Source: Pristiophorus japonicus (lineage: Eukaryota). From it: DNA of 64,000 nucleotides. Below, one piece after another: positions 1 to 12,990 of the stretch. Under the pieces are notes generated by a model. It made no database searches. It was not told where the DNA came from and saw nothing but the letters and a program-made list of their open reading frames with translations. Position 1 is the stretch's first letter; each line of letters opens with the position of its first letter. The stretch covers positions 18,662,001 to 18,726,000 of the forward strand of contig NC_091998.1 in assembly GCF_044704955.1 (NCBI RefSeq), in the 5' to 3' direction. The translations under genes were made by a program, and so were the position numbers.

Positions 1-1651
1 GACCCAAGACCTGCACCATAGTTTTCCCCTCTCCCGAGCCCCAGGTTTTGAGAATGTTCTCCAAGCTTCCAGGGTCACTCGTACTTAGTGAGTTTTAGGA
101 GATATAAATGCAATTTTTAGCTCTTTTACGTAATTGCTATACCTGTACTTTTAATGTTGATTCCTTGTGTGTAAACCTCTCGGGCACCAATAGTATAAAT
201 CTACGCCTTGAACTTCCGCAGGCGGGACAATTCATACCATTTCTCTGGTTTCCAATGATCAAGAGAACTCCATGGGACTTCACTGCATAGTCCTTTTTAA
301 AATCTGATGGGGCAAAATCAGCTGTTTGAGAACTGAATACTATGTCCTGCGTTCAACACTGCTCTGACCCGTTGGGTAGCTACTTACCATGGATGCTCAA
401 TCTGGTTATGAAATAAACCATATCCCACTTTAACATTGAAATCAAATCTATCCAGCTAACCTGACCATGTGAGAACCAAATTCAGATTAACTTATTACAG
501 AATCAAAAATGTAACACTTTTTGTGTACTTTTTAATGAATTAGGTGGTGAACAGGTCCTTTGTGAATTTGAATCCTTTTGGTTACTGGGAATTGAAGGAA
601 TTGTACTGAAGAACCAATGGGAAAGAAGAGATTTTTCACATTCTAATGCCTGTTCCAGAAATTTAATGGGTTGAACTTAATGTGTTGAACATCTATCATT
701 TTTATATTCTCTCAGAGCTACGTAAGCCCAACTGAGAGTGTGTGTCTAGTCTGTAGGAAAAACTTTATGAATTGCTTCTATCCATGTATTTGTTAGTGTG
801 AAAAAGAATGTATTATTCTGAAGGAAGAATGCAGTACATGTCCTTGCTCAATATTTCATCGTGAACAAGAAGATTCAACAGTTAGGTATTTGTCAAATGA
901 AACATTCACACAAAGAGCACATGCACAGGGCACCACATGATGGTGTTGTTTATTTGAAATAGACGGAGATCCGTATTGCAGCAAAACAAATTGCTGTTAC
1001 CTTTTGGGACTGTAAAACACTCAAATTAGAAACTACAAGTCATTACAAAATATTTTAGTTTGCCTAAGAAATGGAAACTTGTAACTAATTTTGTAAATCT
1101 TTGTGCCGGATGTGACCAATCAAAAGCAACTTTTAGTGATGTCCAAAAGAGGTATTAGACTACTGCTACACACACTGGCCTACCCCGCCAATGTTTCCCA
1201 GGTCTGTGGTAGGTGCGGAGTGACTTTACGACAAGCTGGTCCAATCAGGGTGTCCTACATTTTATAATGTCCATGTCTCTGCCATATTTCCCACCATTTG
1301 TGCTCTCCGAACGCAGGGGCCACCTATTCCTGACTTCCCCGTCCAACATTCCAAATTTCTGCTAAAGAGGCTTCAGTCCAGAAAGATAAAAGGGGCCTGT
1401 GTAAATGCTCTTGAGCATGGCCATGCACTGGCCCAACCAAGAAAGGGTAACATTTTCAGATAAGTGGTTTTCCCCCCCACAGGCTACCATCTTTCATCTT
1501 TGGGACCTGTGACAGCCATTTTCCACCCTGCCGAGCGCTACTCCTTGGTGGAGGCAGGCAAGCCCACCTCCTATAGGTGGAAATATGGCCAGGGGCAAAG
1601 AGGTAAATCTAGGGTTGAGGAACTCCATCCGCAGTGGAGATGTGCCCCATG

Positions 1652-1950
1652 TCATCATAGGCAGTCCTTTGAAACTGAGGAAGACTTGCTTCCACTCTAA
1701 AAGTGAGTTCTCAGGTGATTGTACAGTCTAATACGGGAATTACAGTCTCTGCCACAGGTGGGATAGACAGTTGTTGAAGGAGAAGGTGGGTGGGGAGTCT
1801 GGTTTGCCGCACGCTCCTTCCGCTGCCTGTACTTGTTTTCTGCATGCTCTCAGTGACGAGACTTGAGGTGCTCAGCGCCCTTCCGGATGCTCTTCCTCCA
1901 CTTAGAGCGGTCTTTGGCCAGGGATTCTCAGGTGTCGGTGGGAATGTTGC
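1652..1950 (-). mobile_element. RTE-clade LINE 3' fragment
   Basis: Reverse complement of the copies at 41170 and 56025; (TGA)n-type tail and C-terminal CPTC...HLRTH segment. Confidence 0.75.
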
Positions 1951-2359
1951 ACCTTAGGGGGAGCCGGGGAGTAAGGGAGAGCCAGAATACCTAAACTATT
2001 GTGTCTATAAAGTGTCAGCAGCTCATCGCATTTTATCGAACCTGGATCTCGCTTAGTAACCGTTAACAATAAGTGCTGTTGGCGTAGACAGAATGCTGGT
2101 TGAGCACATAGGTTTAGCATGTAGTTTCACACAATTTTTCCCATGCTATGGTCTCAGCAGATTGCAGGCGGTGGTGTTGAGAGCATGGCCAATGACACAG
2201 CTGTGCTGGCACAGATCTTGGCAGTAGACAGTGTATGATGGAGATGGAAGAAAGGTGCATTCCACATAGAGGGACACCAGATACTCTCTTGGAGCTGAAG
2301 CTTGTTTGGTGATCCGCCAATCACAGGTTCTATCTTCACCTCCACTGACTTATCTGTAA

Positions 2360-2615
2360 ATGCTCTCCTGGCCTCCCATAAACTTGAGCTCATCCAAAAC
2401 TCTGGCCGTATGCTGACTCACATCAGGTCCCATTCGCCCATCAGCCCTGTGCTCGCTGACCTACGTTGGCTCCGAGTTCGGCAACATCTTGATTTTAAAA
2501 TTCTCATTCTTGTTTTCAAATCCCTCTATGGTCTTGCCCTGCCCTACCTCTGCAACTTCCTTCTGCCTTACAACTCACCGAGATCTCTGCCCTCCTCCAA
2601 TTCTGGCCTCTTGTG
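2360..2615 (+). mobile_element. L2-type LINE 3' fragment
   Basis: Translates to ELIQNS...HSPISPVLADLRWLRVRQHLDFKILILVFKSLYGLALPYL, the L2 ORF2 C-terminal signature. Confidence 0.7.
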
Positions 2616-2758
2616 TAAGCTCCTTAATTGTTGTAATAGAGCACTTGACAGTAACTTTTAAGCCCTTCAAGTTGGGCAGCATTCATCAGCAACTAGTGCT
2701 GTTTTTGTCAATCCTGTGTTAAATGAAGTTTACAGTTTCAGTTGGAAAGACTAATATC

Positions 2759-2764
2759 TTTATT
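2759..2764 (-). terminator. Candidate poly(A) signal of DUSP29
   Basis: AATAAA on the minus strand about 690 nt after the stop codon, following an AT-rich UTR-like stretch. Confidence 0.3.
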
Positions 2765-2787
2765 GGGTGTGTAGTCCTAAGGTTGGT

Positions 2788-2873
2788 GCGATGTTAGTGC
2801 AGCAAGTATAGAATCGGGCGATGTTAGTGCAGCAGGTATAGAATCGGGCGATGTTAGTGCAGCAGGTATAGAA
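2788..2873. repeat. 30-bp tandem repeat, about 3 copies
   Basis: gcgatgttagtgcagcaggtatagaatcgg repeated about 2.9 times. Confidence 0.9.
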
Positions 2874-3448
2874 GATAAGGAGCTAATCTCCAGATGATTT
2901 TATCACATTTTATGAATTGTCTTTTGTGACTGCAATTGGGACACAATCAGACCAAGTATGAAGTTTAAAAAATATTTCTCCTTGAAGATCATTCTTTCTT
3001 TTTCTGTTGCGTTACAACAGGTTTTCAGTACTTGTTACCTAATATAACTTTAAGTAATGGCAAACAAAATATAGTCTGCACATAGTTACTTAGACAAAGA
3101 AATATTACAAATTACACATTGCAGCAGTTTAGACATAATTTTGAAGACAACGAGTAACTGGATTTAAAAAAAATTATTAGCTGTTTGTTGACTGTAGATT
3201 AAGGTAGTCAAAACATGTTTAAAAGTAAGAATTTGGATTACTTGTCACACTTGTTTTCTTTTAGGAGTTCCTGAGATTCTTTCATATTATGTGCATCTTT
3301 GGGACTGTGGGATGCTCATATTGGGAACTATTCATCTGTTTATCTTAACACTTTCCTTGCATATCAGAAAATAACTATTATATTCACATCTGAACGTACT
3401 TTTCTATGTAAAAAAAGGTTCTATTATATCTGTACAATGAAAGAAACG

Positions 3449-3693
3449 TCAACAGATTTCTTTTTCATCGCCATTTGTGCTGCCGCCATTCTTTGCAATA
3501 CTTCTCTCCATCGCCAGCTCGATATCAAGAGCTCTCAGTTGCTTCAGGAAGCCACGATTTGGTAAAATGCACCGGTGTGTAATTACTTGTTGAACTGCAT
3601 CCACCACCGTCATATTCTTGTAGATCATCAGGTAAGCCAGGACAAGTGAGGCTGACCGACTTCGGCCCCTCGCACAATGGACTAAGAGCTTAG
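3449..3693 (-). CDS. DUSP29: DUSP29 (DUPD1) last coding exon, containing the catalytic loop
   Basis: Acceptor ttttccag|CT, then [80 protein letters not shown]. HCx5R motif and AYLM motif present; the GRSRS and VDAVQQV...[12 protein letters not shown] segments are characteristic of DUSP29. Not listed in the ORF track. Confidence 0.93.
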
Positions 3694-3942
3694 CTGGAAA
3701 AGCAAAACAATGTATATTACTTATAGGACCAATTGTTTTTCAGTTATTACAAGCTATTAGGAAGATGCCTGTGTAATATCTGAGCCACTAGACCCACATG
3801 CACAAACAGATCCCAAACAAAACTACAGACCAAATTAATTTGCTTTTTTTTTTTAATGCCTACATATACTCGAGAATATTCAGGCCTGTTTATTTAGTCT
3901 TCAAATTTATACTCAACATAAGACTACCATAATAAAAACAAA

Positions 3943-4437
3943 ATGCTGGAAATCTCAGTGGGTCAGGCAGCATCTGTGGAGAGAGAAACAGAGTTAACGT
4001 TTCGGTCGATGACCCTTTGTCAGAACTGGCGAATGTTTGAAATGAATGGATTCTTAAGGGGGAGGGGAGGAAAGAACAAAAGGGAAGGTCTGTGATAGGG
4101 TGGAAGACAGGAGAGATTAGGGAGACAAAAGGGATGATGGGCCGACTTGAAATGGTAATGACAGAAGTTAGAAAAAGGTTAGTCATCATTCACACTAACC
4201 TTTTTCTAACTTCTGCCATTATCACTTCAAGTCGGTCCATCATCCCTTTTGTCTCGTTAATCTCTCCTGTCTTCCACCCTATCACAGAGCTTCCCTTTTG
4301 TTCTTCCCCTCCCCCTTTCAGTGCTCCTTAAGAATCTGTTCATTTCGAACATTCTCCAGTTCTGATCAAGGGTAATGAAACATTAACTCTGTTTTTCTCT
4401 CCACAGATGCTGCCTGACCCGTTGAGATTTCCAGCAT
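3943..4437. repeat. Long inverted repeat of Penelope-like element ends
   Basis: Arms 3943-4183 and 4194-4437 around a 10-nt loop. Opposite-strand ORFs give near-identical peptides (TNLFLTS...PFVSLISPVFHPIT). Arms carry degenerate hammerhead-like cores. Confidence 0.75.
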
Positions 4438-5565
4438 AGTACCTGACACATCTGGTGCATCATTCCGAAGGCAGGTTTACTGAGCAGGAACAAAGCCGAT
4501 TGGTACAAAGCAGAAAATGCAGAACCAGTTCTGGTCAAAGGTCATTGTTCTTAACAACGTTAACTGTTTCTCTCCCCACACATGCTGAGTGTTTCCAGCA
4601 TTTTATGTTTGTATTTCAGATTTCTAGCATATGCAGTGTTTTGCTTTCGGTATAAAGCACTTTGGGATCCAAGATAATTGCATCCTGCCCTGACCCCGGG
4701 CAAAAGTTGAGCTTTCGGAGAGATTTTGGATAGACAGTTACTTAAAACATACCCAAGAATGCAAAGAGCTTGGTTTAAATAAGCAGACAGCAAAATTTAA
4801 TGAAATGTTAGGTAACAACATTGCAAGTTTCTTAAAGCATAAATGTCAAAAGCTGAATCTAAACACAAATACTCCTACGCAGAAATAGATTTGGAATCCA
4901 GTTAACTGGAGGGAAATACAGTCTAGAGAAATTTAAAAACATGTTCCTGACCTTAACATTTCAATCTGCATGCACCCTCTACTAATTAAATATATTTCTA
5001 GTATCTTACACTAACAGTGATATAGGTACTATTGTAACTTGGAACCAAAGGGCTGTTGAAATGTCTCACCAGGGATGGCAATAATGTACTCAATGGTTTG
5101 CTGCTGCTATTAATAATCGGATTATTCTTCTTCTGGCCCTTAGTCATCTGTATGGACTTCATATTTTTTCAATGAGTTTCTAACAGGAATCACCTCTGGG
5201 ATAGTATCATTTGCTAATGGAAGCTGGTGAAAAACCCATTAATGATCAGTATTTATAGATTGCCTAACGAATTCTGAGACCCACAGTGGAGTAATGTAAC
5301 ATTAGTATTGAAGATTACTGTAACACGCATCAGATTAAAGCTGTCACTTTATTATAGGTTTTGTGTCATGATGAACTTAGCTACTTGAGAATGTTGCTGA
5401 AGCTTTCAGTTTGTGTGGAGACCAGGGCAACTAATGCCTCAACTTGCATAACTGTGCACCTAATTTTAGGAGCAATTTAAAATCACTTCAGTGCAGACAA
5501 CCCTAAGTTGGTACTGTTGGCTCGAGCCCAACATTTGTGGTTTGCAAAACAGAAGGTTCAAGCAG

Positions 5566-5930
5566 AATGATACAGTGCAGAAGGAGGAGGCGATTCGGCT
5601 CATCATGCCTGTGCCGGTTCTTTGAAAGAGCTGTCTAATTTGTCCCCCTGCTCTTTTCCCATACCCCTACAATTTCCCTTGCGAAAGTTACGATTGAATC
5701 TGCTCCCACCGCCCTTTCGGGCAGTGCGTTCCAGATCATGAAACAAATTCTCAACTCCCCTCGGGTTCTTTTGCCAATTACCTTAAACCTGTGCCCTCTG
5801 GTTACCTGCCAATGGAAACAGTTTTGCCCTATCTACGCTATCAAAACCCTTCATCACTTTGAACACCTCTATTAAATCTCCCCTTAACCTTCTCTGCTCT
5901 AAGGAGAACAATCCCAGCTCCTCTAATCTC
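5566..5930 (-). mobile_element. CR1 LINE 3' fragment
   Basis: RLEELGLFSLEQRRLRGDLIEVFKVMKG, the CR1 ORF2 C-terminal motif. Confidence 0.8.
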
Positions 5931-6372
5931 TGCGCAATAAGCAATAAATACAAAGGAAGGTAAACGAGAAGCTGCAATACTGATTTCTGCCTGTAAAAGA
6001 TTATCATTCCTCTTGGCAAGAAATAATGTTTGCAAGTATAGATATATGAAAATAGAGAATGCACACACACACAATGGGCAGGAAGCTTTTTATGGAGCAG
6101 CAGAAAATAGACAGAATTTTTGCCCTGTTTCGAGCAATACGTTCCACAAATTGAATTTTTGTCTGTATATAAGGCATATCAGTAACGTTAGAAAAATATT
6201 CATTTTTATCATTTCAGTTACTTTTGATCCATGTTCCTTTTGTGGAGTTGGTAAAATGGAGATAAGTTAGTTGAGGGCAATTGATAGAAGGATATTGTTA
6301 GATATTTAATAGATATTTATATCTCCAATGTCTCTGGGATTTTAGCTGTCAAAGATGTCTGGTATCACTTAC

Positions 6373-6593
6373 ATCCTGGTGTGCTTAATGCTCTGTCAAT
6401 GTACTGGGCAGCTGGATAGAAGAACTCGCTCAGATTAAACTTTGGTAGGTCTTCAGCCTCCACACCATAGTAATCAATAGACATGTCCCGATAGTATTCA
6501 TCTCCTGTGTCCACATTCCAGCGACCATGGGCTGCATTTAGTATGTGAGTGAAACCCATCTTTTCCACTGTATACCGGTCCAATGCTGTCACT
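6373..6593 (-). CDS. DUSP29: DUSP29 middle coding exon (221 bp)
   Basis: atcacag|A ... GGA T|gtaagt. Encodes [73 protein letters not shown]; phases join both flanking exons in frame. Confidence 0.93.
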
Positions 6594-7254
6594 CTGTGAT
6601 AAAACACACAGGATATAGACATAAGTTATATGTACTTAGTGGAAAATGTTCGCTCCCTCCAACTTTAAAAAGAAAGCCTGCTCTTCTCTCTTAACCATTT
6701 CTTCAGCACCTACTATCTGGGCATGAGTGCTGCTCTCAGACTCTGCTAATGTCACTCCATCATTAGTCAATAAAGAGTGCACCTGAGTAACCAAGTTGGA
6801 CTCTTCCAGTTCCCTCTCCTCAAATCAGCAGCTACCTCACCTGCATTCTGTATCTGCCTTGCTGGCCCAGCTGAAATGGGACAAATACACATGCTTTTAT
6901 GACCACAGTTATTTTTATTTGAGTGAGTAAAGTAACATTTTGAAAGAAAAAGCATTGTGTTTTTATTGAAAATAGTAATTTTAAAAAGGGAATTGTATAT
7001 ATATATATACTTGAAACGGAAAAATTTGAAGGGCTATGGGGAAAGAGCAGGGAGGGTGGGACTAATTGGATCGTTCTTTCAAAGAGCCAGCACAGGAACG
7101 ACAGGCCAAATCACCTTCTTCTGTGGTAAGATTCAGGAAATGTGCTGGATGGAATTGCTCAGATTTAACTTCAGTCACCTAGGTGTCTTTTTACTGGTAA
7201 CCAGGAATTAGATACAGTATTCTGCATTTTGGCTGTTAAGGGAAGCAAGAGAGT

Positions 7255-8683
7255 AAATAGCAGAGGCTCTTACCATCATTTTCCAATCCTCTCTGGCTGC
7301 AGGTATGGTGTTGGAGGACTGGTATCGTTATTTAAAAAGGGAGAAAGGGATAGACTGAGTTACAGGCCAGTCAGCCTAACCTCGTGGTGAGAAACTGAGT
7401 GGAAAAATTCTGAGACAGGATAAATCTTCATTTAGAAAGACCCGGATTAATCAAGGACAGTCAGCATGAATTAAGGGAAGGTTGTGCCTGACTAACTTGA
7501 TTGAAGTTTTTGAGAAGGTAATAAGGGGGGGTCGATGAAGGTAGTGCGTTTGATGTAGTGTATATGGATTTTAGCAAGGCTTTTGATAAGGTCCCACATG
7601 GTAGACTGATCACAAAAGTAAAAGCCGATGGAATCCAAGGCAAAATGGCAAGTTGGATCCAAAATTGGCTCAGAGGCAGGAAGCAAAGGGTAATGGTTGA
7701 TGGGTGTTTTTGTGACTAGAAGGCTGTTTCCAGTGGGATTCCACAGGGCTCAGTACTAGGTCCCTTGCTTTTTGTGGTATATATCAATGATTTAGAATGT
7801 AGGGGGTTTGATTAAGAAGTTTGCAGATGATACAAAAATTGGGCGTGTGGTTGATAATGAAGCAGAAAGCTGTAGACGACAGGAAGATGGTCAGGTGGAC
7901 TGAACAGTGGCAAATGGAATTCAATCTGGAGAAGTGTGAGGTAATGCATTTGGGGAGGGCTAAGAAGGCAAAGGAATATACAATAGATGGTAGGACACAG
8001 AACTGTAGAGGAACAAAGGGACCTTGGAGTGCAGGTCCACAGATCCCTGAAGGTAACAGACAGGTAGATACGGTTGTTAAGAAGGCATACGGAATACTTG
8101 CCTTGATTAGTCGAGACATAAAATACAAGAGCAGGGAGGTTAGGCTGCAGCTTGGAGTACTGCGTGCAGTTCTGGTCACCACATTACAGGAAAGATGTGA
8201 TTGCACTAGAGAGGGTACAGAGGAGATTTATGAGGATGTTGCCTGGACTGGAGAATTTTAACTATGAGGAAAGATTGGATAAGCTGGGGTTGTTTTCTTT
8301 GTGACAGAAGAGGCTGAGGGGAGATTTTATTGAGATGTATAAAATTATGAGGGGCCTAGATAGAGTGGATAGGATGGACCTATTTCCCTTTGGAGAGGGG
8401 TCAACAACCAGGGGCCATAGATATAAATAATTGGTAGGAGGTTTAGAGGGGATTTGAGGGGAAATGTTTTCACCCAGAGGGTGGTGGGGGTCTGGAACTC
8501 ACTGCTTGAAAGGGTGGTAGAGGCAGAAACCTTCACCACATTTAAAAAGTACTTGGATATGCACTTAAAGTGCCGTAACCTACAGGGCTACTGACCTAGT
8601 GGGATTCGGCTGGATAGCTCTTTGTTGGCTGCACCGACACGATGGACTGAAATGGCCTCCTTCCGTGCTGTAAATTTCTATGA
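7255..8683 (+). mobile_element. CR1 LINE, degenerate RT and 3' end
   Basis: Fragments including WQMEFNLEKCEVMHLG; CR1 3' UTR ending ttctatga. Confidence 0.85.
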
Positions 8684-8807
8684 TTTTACTCAATAGTTCT
8701 TCTGAATACTTTTAACAAAATGTAAAAGGTTAATTTTAGTCAGACAGGATCACCCACTGTACATTGCATATCTATTTGTCCCCAAAAATAATGAATTTGG
8801 TCTAGCT

Positions 8808-9290
8808 TATAGAAACATAGAAACATAGAAAATAGGTGCAGGAGCAGGCCATTCAGCCCTTCTAGCCTGCACCGCCATTCAACGAGTTCATGGCTGAACA
8901 TGAAACTTCAGTACCCACTTCCTGCTTTCACGCCATACCCCTTGATCCCCCGAGTACTAAGGACTTCATCTAACTCCCTTTTGAATATATTTAGTGAATT
9001 GGCCTCAACTACTTCCTGTGGTAGAGAATTCCACAGGTTCACCACTCTCTGGGTGAAGAAGTTTCCCCTTATCTCGGTCCTAAATGGCTTACCCCTTATC
9101 CTTAGACTGTGACCCCTGGTTCTGGACTTCCCCAACATTGGGAACATTCTTCCTGCATCCAACCTGTCCAAACCCGTCAGAATTTTAAACGTTTCTATGA
9201 GGTCCCCTCTCACTCTTCTGAACTCCAGTGAATACAAGCCCAGTTGATTCAGTCTTTCTTGATAGGTCAGTCCCACCATCCCGGGAATCA
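8808..9290 (-). mobile_element. CR1 LINE 3' fragment
   Basis: LTYQERLNQLGLYSLEFRRVRGDLIETFKIL...FFTQRVVNLWNSLP; (tttctatg)n tail; same subfamily as the copy at 29428-32616. Confidence 0.85.
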
Positions 9291-10334
9291 GACGATCGAT
9301 ACTTTGAGACAGAACTTGATGCACCATAGACAACATAGATGCACTGCTAATGCCAAGTGACAGTCTTAACCTGCCCTTTGCAATCAATGGCAGAGCTCAT
9401 TACAATCATCAATGCTGTATCGGTGCTTATCCAGATATGACAACAACATCAGAAATTGCCGGAGTGCGGCTGTGCTCTCTGGTGTGTTGCCTCCGGAGAG
9501 TTGGAGTCTGACTTTGAATCTGTTTTTTTCCCCACACCTGGACTTCCTGCTCTCAGGCAATGTCCAGTCACTCTGGGTCGTTCTCACACTTTTGTTCCCA
9601 CATTGCAACAGTGACTACACTCCAAAATTCCTTCATTGGCTGTAAAGCACTTCGAGACGTCCGGTGGTCATGAAAGGCGCTATATAAATGCAAGTCTTTC
9701 ATTCTTTACTGATCCTAGCAGCTAGTCATACCTTGGAATTATAGGACTCTGAGAGCAAGGGTAGGGAAAATGGCATTGCTCCCAAACACGAAAACAGTTC
9801 GTCGGACTTAACCCAGTTGTTTTATACGTTGCATCCTTTATACCTCAACATCAACTATTGCTGCTTCCCAGAATTATTTTTTAAATTCATTCATGGGATG
9901 CGGGCATCGCTGACAAAGCCAGCATTTATTGCCCATCCCAAACTGCCCCTGAGAAAGTTCAGCTGAGAAAGAACAACAATACATGAAGTCAACCTGAAGT
10001 CGTCTGTCTTCTCAGCAAGAAAGCAGCTCTATTAACATCCCTAAAATTATTAAATCATACCTGAATAGATTTAGCAGTGGGGAATGGGAACTGTTTAATG
10101 TAGGAATGACTGTAATTCCAGTCATCATTTATGTGCCGTGCCGAGAGTTGAACTCTGCTGAAAGCACGGATTAGAGACTGCGTACTTCTGTATTGCGTTG
10201 TGCATGTTGAGTGTCAGGTGGCAGGACAAGACAGCCTGTACCAAAGTTATAAGTGGTCTGCATGCAATTAGTGTACTGTAAGCAAGTAGATTGTGTTTGG
10301 CAGGATGCTTCTTTCCAATCCACCCATGTCCTCC

Positions 10335-10697
10335 CCACTCACTATCTCGGTAATCTCCTCCAGCCTCACAACCTCCTGAGATATCTGCGCTCCTCTAATT
10401 CTGGCCTCTTGAGCATCCCTGATTATAATCGCTCAACCGTTGGTGGCCGTGCCTTCTGTTGCTTAGGCCCCAAGCTCTGGAACTCCCTCCCTAAACCTCT
10501 CTGCCTCTCTAACTCTTTTTCCTCCTTCAAGATGCTCCTTAAAACCTACCTCTTTGACCAAGCTTTTGGTCACCTGTGCTAATTTCTACTTATGCGGTTC
10601 GGTGCCAAATTGTTTTATCTCATAACACTCCTGTGAAACACCTTGGGACGTTTCACTACATTAAAGGCGCTATATAAATACAAGTTGTTGTTGTTGT
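10335..10697 (+). mobile_element. L2-type LINE 3' end
   Basis: RSTVGGRAF...LWNSLP...FKMLLKTYLF; tail aaaggcgctatataaatacaagttgttgttg. Confidence 0.75.
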
Positions 10698-11465
10698 AAG
10701 CAACTAGATTATCCTGGGCAGGATTCGGCTAGCTGAAGATCAGTAGCCTTAGAGAGCAAGGAATGAGCTCCAATTGTGGGGAAAAAACATGTAGAAAGTC
10801 TAAAAAGAGATGGTGCAATGCTGCACAGGAACAAGAAAGATAACAGACAACCTGGAGAAGTGGCAGAGAGGAGAGCACAAAGGCAAGCTTCACTGATCTC
10901 TATAACCAGCCTACTTATGATATTTGTCTGACTAACTGCCGTTAGGAGCTAACAGTTTTGTTATGTACTCATACCATTATTTGATTTTGAGATAATATAT
11001 AGAACCACAGAAATACACCATTTAACCCTCCCAGTCTGTGTCAGTATTTTTCTCCATGGACCAACATGTCTATTCCCATTCCACTCCACTGCTTACTCCG
11101 CACACCCTTTGATATTCCTTTTTTTTTTAATAACTCTAATTCCCTTTCAAAAAAATTTACAGATTCTGCTTCAACATTAAATTCCACATTCTAACCATTC
11201 TCTGTGTGAAGATTTCTTTTCTACTTTCCCCTTTAGTTCTTTCTATGTATCTTTAATTATTTCTTATCGTGCCATGTCTATAGTGATCATACAACACCAA
11301 GCAGAGCAAGCCCATTCAAATGGATGGCAAACTCCCGTGATTCAAACTGGAGTGATGTTTAGCTTTAATTTACTGCATGGTACAAAGCGGATATATATTC
11401 CGTATATTTTATACAGCCTTATCGGGTTGAAAAGCGGTGGGTTTTGCAGGTAACCTGGAACTTAC

Positions 11466-11644
11466 TCATCTCCTATGTAAATAGCCGGCCACACTTCGTT
11501 GACGTGAGCAAATTTTACAGCGCTCTTCCAGAAGAGACGCTCCAGTTCAAAGGCCCCTGGTGTGACATAGTCATCATTGGGGTCCACTTTCACCGCCGAG
11601 TAGGCGTTTGTCTTCTTACGGATCTCTGTATCTCCAGAGGACAT
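11466..11644 (-). CDS. DUSP29: DUSP29 first coding exon
   Basis: ATG at 11644; [59 protein letters not shown], then GA|gtaagt donor. [12 protein letters not shown] is DUSP29-typical. Spliced CDS is 179+221+245=645 nt (214 aa). Confidence 0.9.
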
Positions 11645-11871
11645 CCTGCCACAGCAATGCTCCTGAACTTGAGAGCTTCTCCAAGTATCACTGACCTGGG
11701 TGTTGGGTACAAAATAACACTCATAGAAATCTTCACACAAAGCGTTGGGACAGAAGCTCTGACCTCTTGGAAGGCCCAACTGTCTCCAATGGGATTACAT
11801 AATGAATTTGGGTTTTTAACAATACTGGCCAAGATTTCCCCTGTGTGTAATAAATATATAGAGAATAGGTT

Positions 11872-12990
11872 TGTTATATATGCAGACTATAGATATATGC
11901 TCTGTGTAGTCACTGTATAGTTGCATAAGATGGAGACTTGTTACCTGATGTACTTTCAATAGGGTTTACACTGTGTATATACTATGCTGTCACCACTAGA
12001 GGGTGCAACTGTTGGAGACTGGGGTTTCCTGCCCCTGTGGCAGAGGCTGTCCACCAGCGGGCACTGTAAACGGGAGACCTGAGGGTCACCTGCATAGGTG
12101 TGCAGGGCCCAGTATAAAAGGCTGCTCACTATGCTTGTGCCTCACTCTGGAGTTATGAATAAAGGACCAAGGTCACTACAGTTTGAGTACAACACATTGC
12201 CTTGTGGAGTCATTCATATGTGCATTACAGACATAACAACTGCGACGAGAATACGGACTTTCATGCGATTATGGCTACCTTTGGCACACTAAAAGACTTT
12301 GCAGAGGGTGATGATTCGGATGCCTTCACGGAAAGGCTCGAGCAATATTTCGTGGCAAACGACCTAGCAGGGGAGACGGACACATTGGCGGAGAAACGCA
12401 AGGCTATCCTGCTGACCAGTTGTAGGCCCGAGGTCTACCGCCTCGTCAGGGACTTGCTGGCACTCACGAAGGCCAAGGATAAGACGTACGATGAGCTGAC
12501 TGAACTAATTCGTGACCAACTAAAACCAAAACAGAGCATCCTCACGGCCAGGCACAGATTCTACACTCACCGCAGACCTGAGGGCCAGGAGATTGCAAAA
12601 TATGCTGCCGACCTCAGGAGACTTGCGGCACCGTGTGATTTTGGCATGCACATCAAAGAAAGCATTGCGAGACATCTTCGTTATGGGAATTGGCCACGAG
12701 GGTCTCCTTCACAAGCTATTATCTGCCGACACCACAGTCAACCTGCAGAAGGCCATCAGCATCAGTCAGGCGTTCATGACCTCAACCTGAAGCACCAAGC
12801 AAATTATTCATCCTGTGGACTCAAACCCAGCAAGTACTGTACACAGAATGGTGCCTTTCACAGGCAAGACTGTAGAACGTGGCTCTGCCCAGGGCAGAGA
12901 GCACAGACCTCAGGGTTCCAGAACAGAGTCCGCCGCGGGGTGCTAATGAAGTAGCACATTGCTGGCGTTGCGGAGGAAACCATAGGGCTG
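11872..12990 (+). mobile_element. Truncated Gypsy (Mag-type) element: 5' LTR, PBS and gag
   Basis: LTR TGTTAT...ATAACA at 11872-12238 with TATAAAA and AATAAA; degenerate PBS; gag starting MATFGTLKDFAEGDD at 12271 with frameshifts; ends in the CWRCGGNH knuckle. Confidence 0.85.

Noticed and set aside
11645-11779. N-terminal extension of DUSP29 suggested by the ORF track
   Set aside because: It relies on a non-ATG start; the ATG at 11644 gives a normal-length protein.
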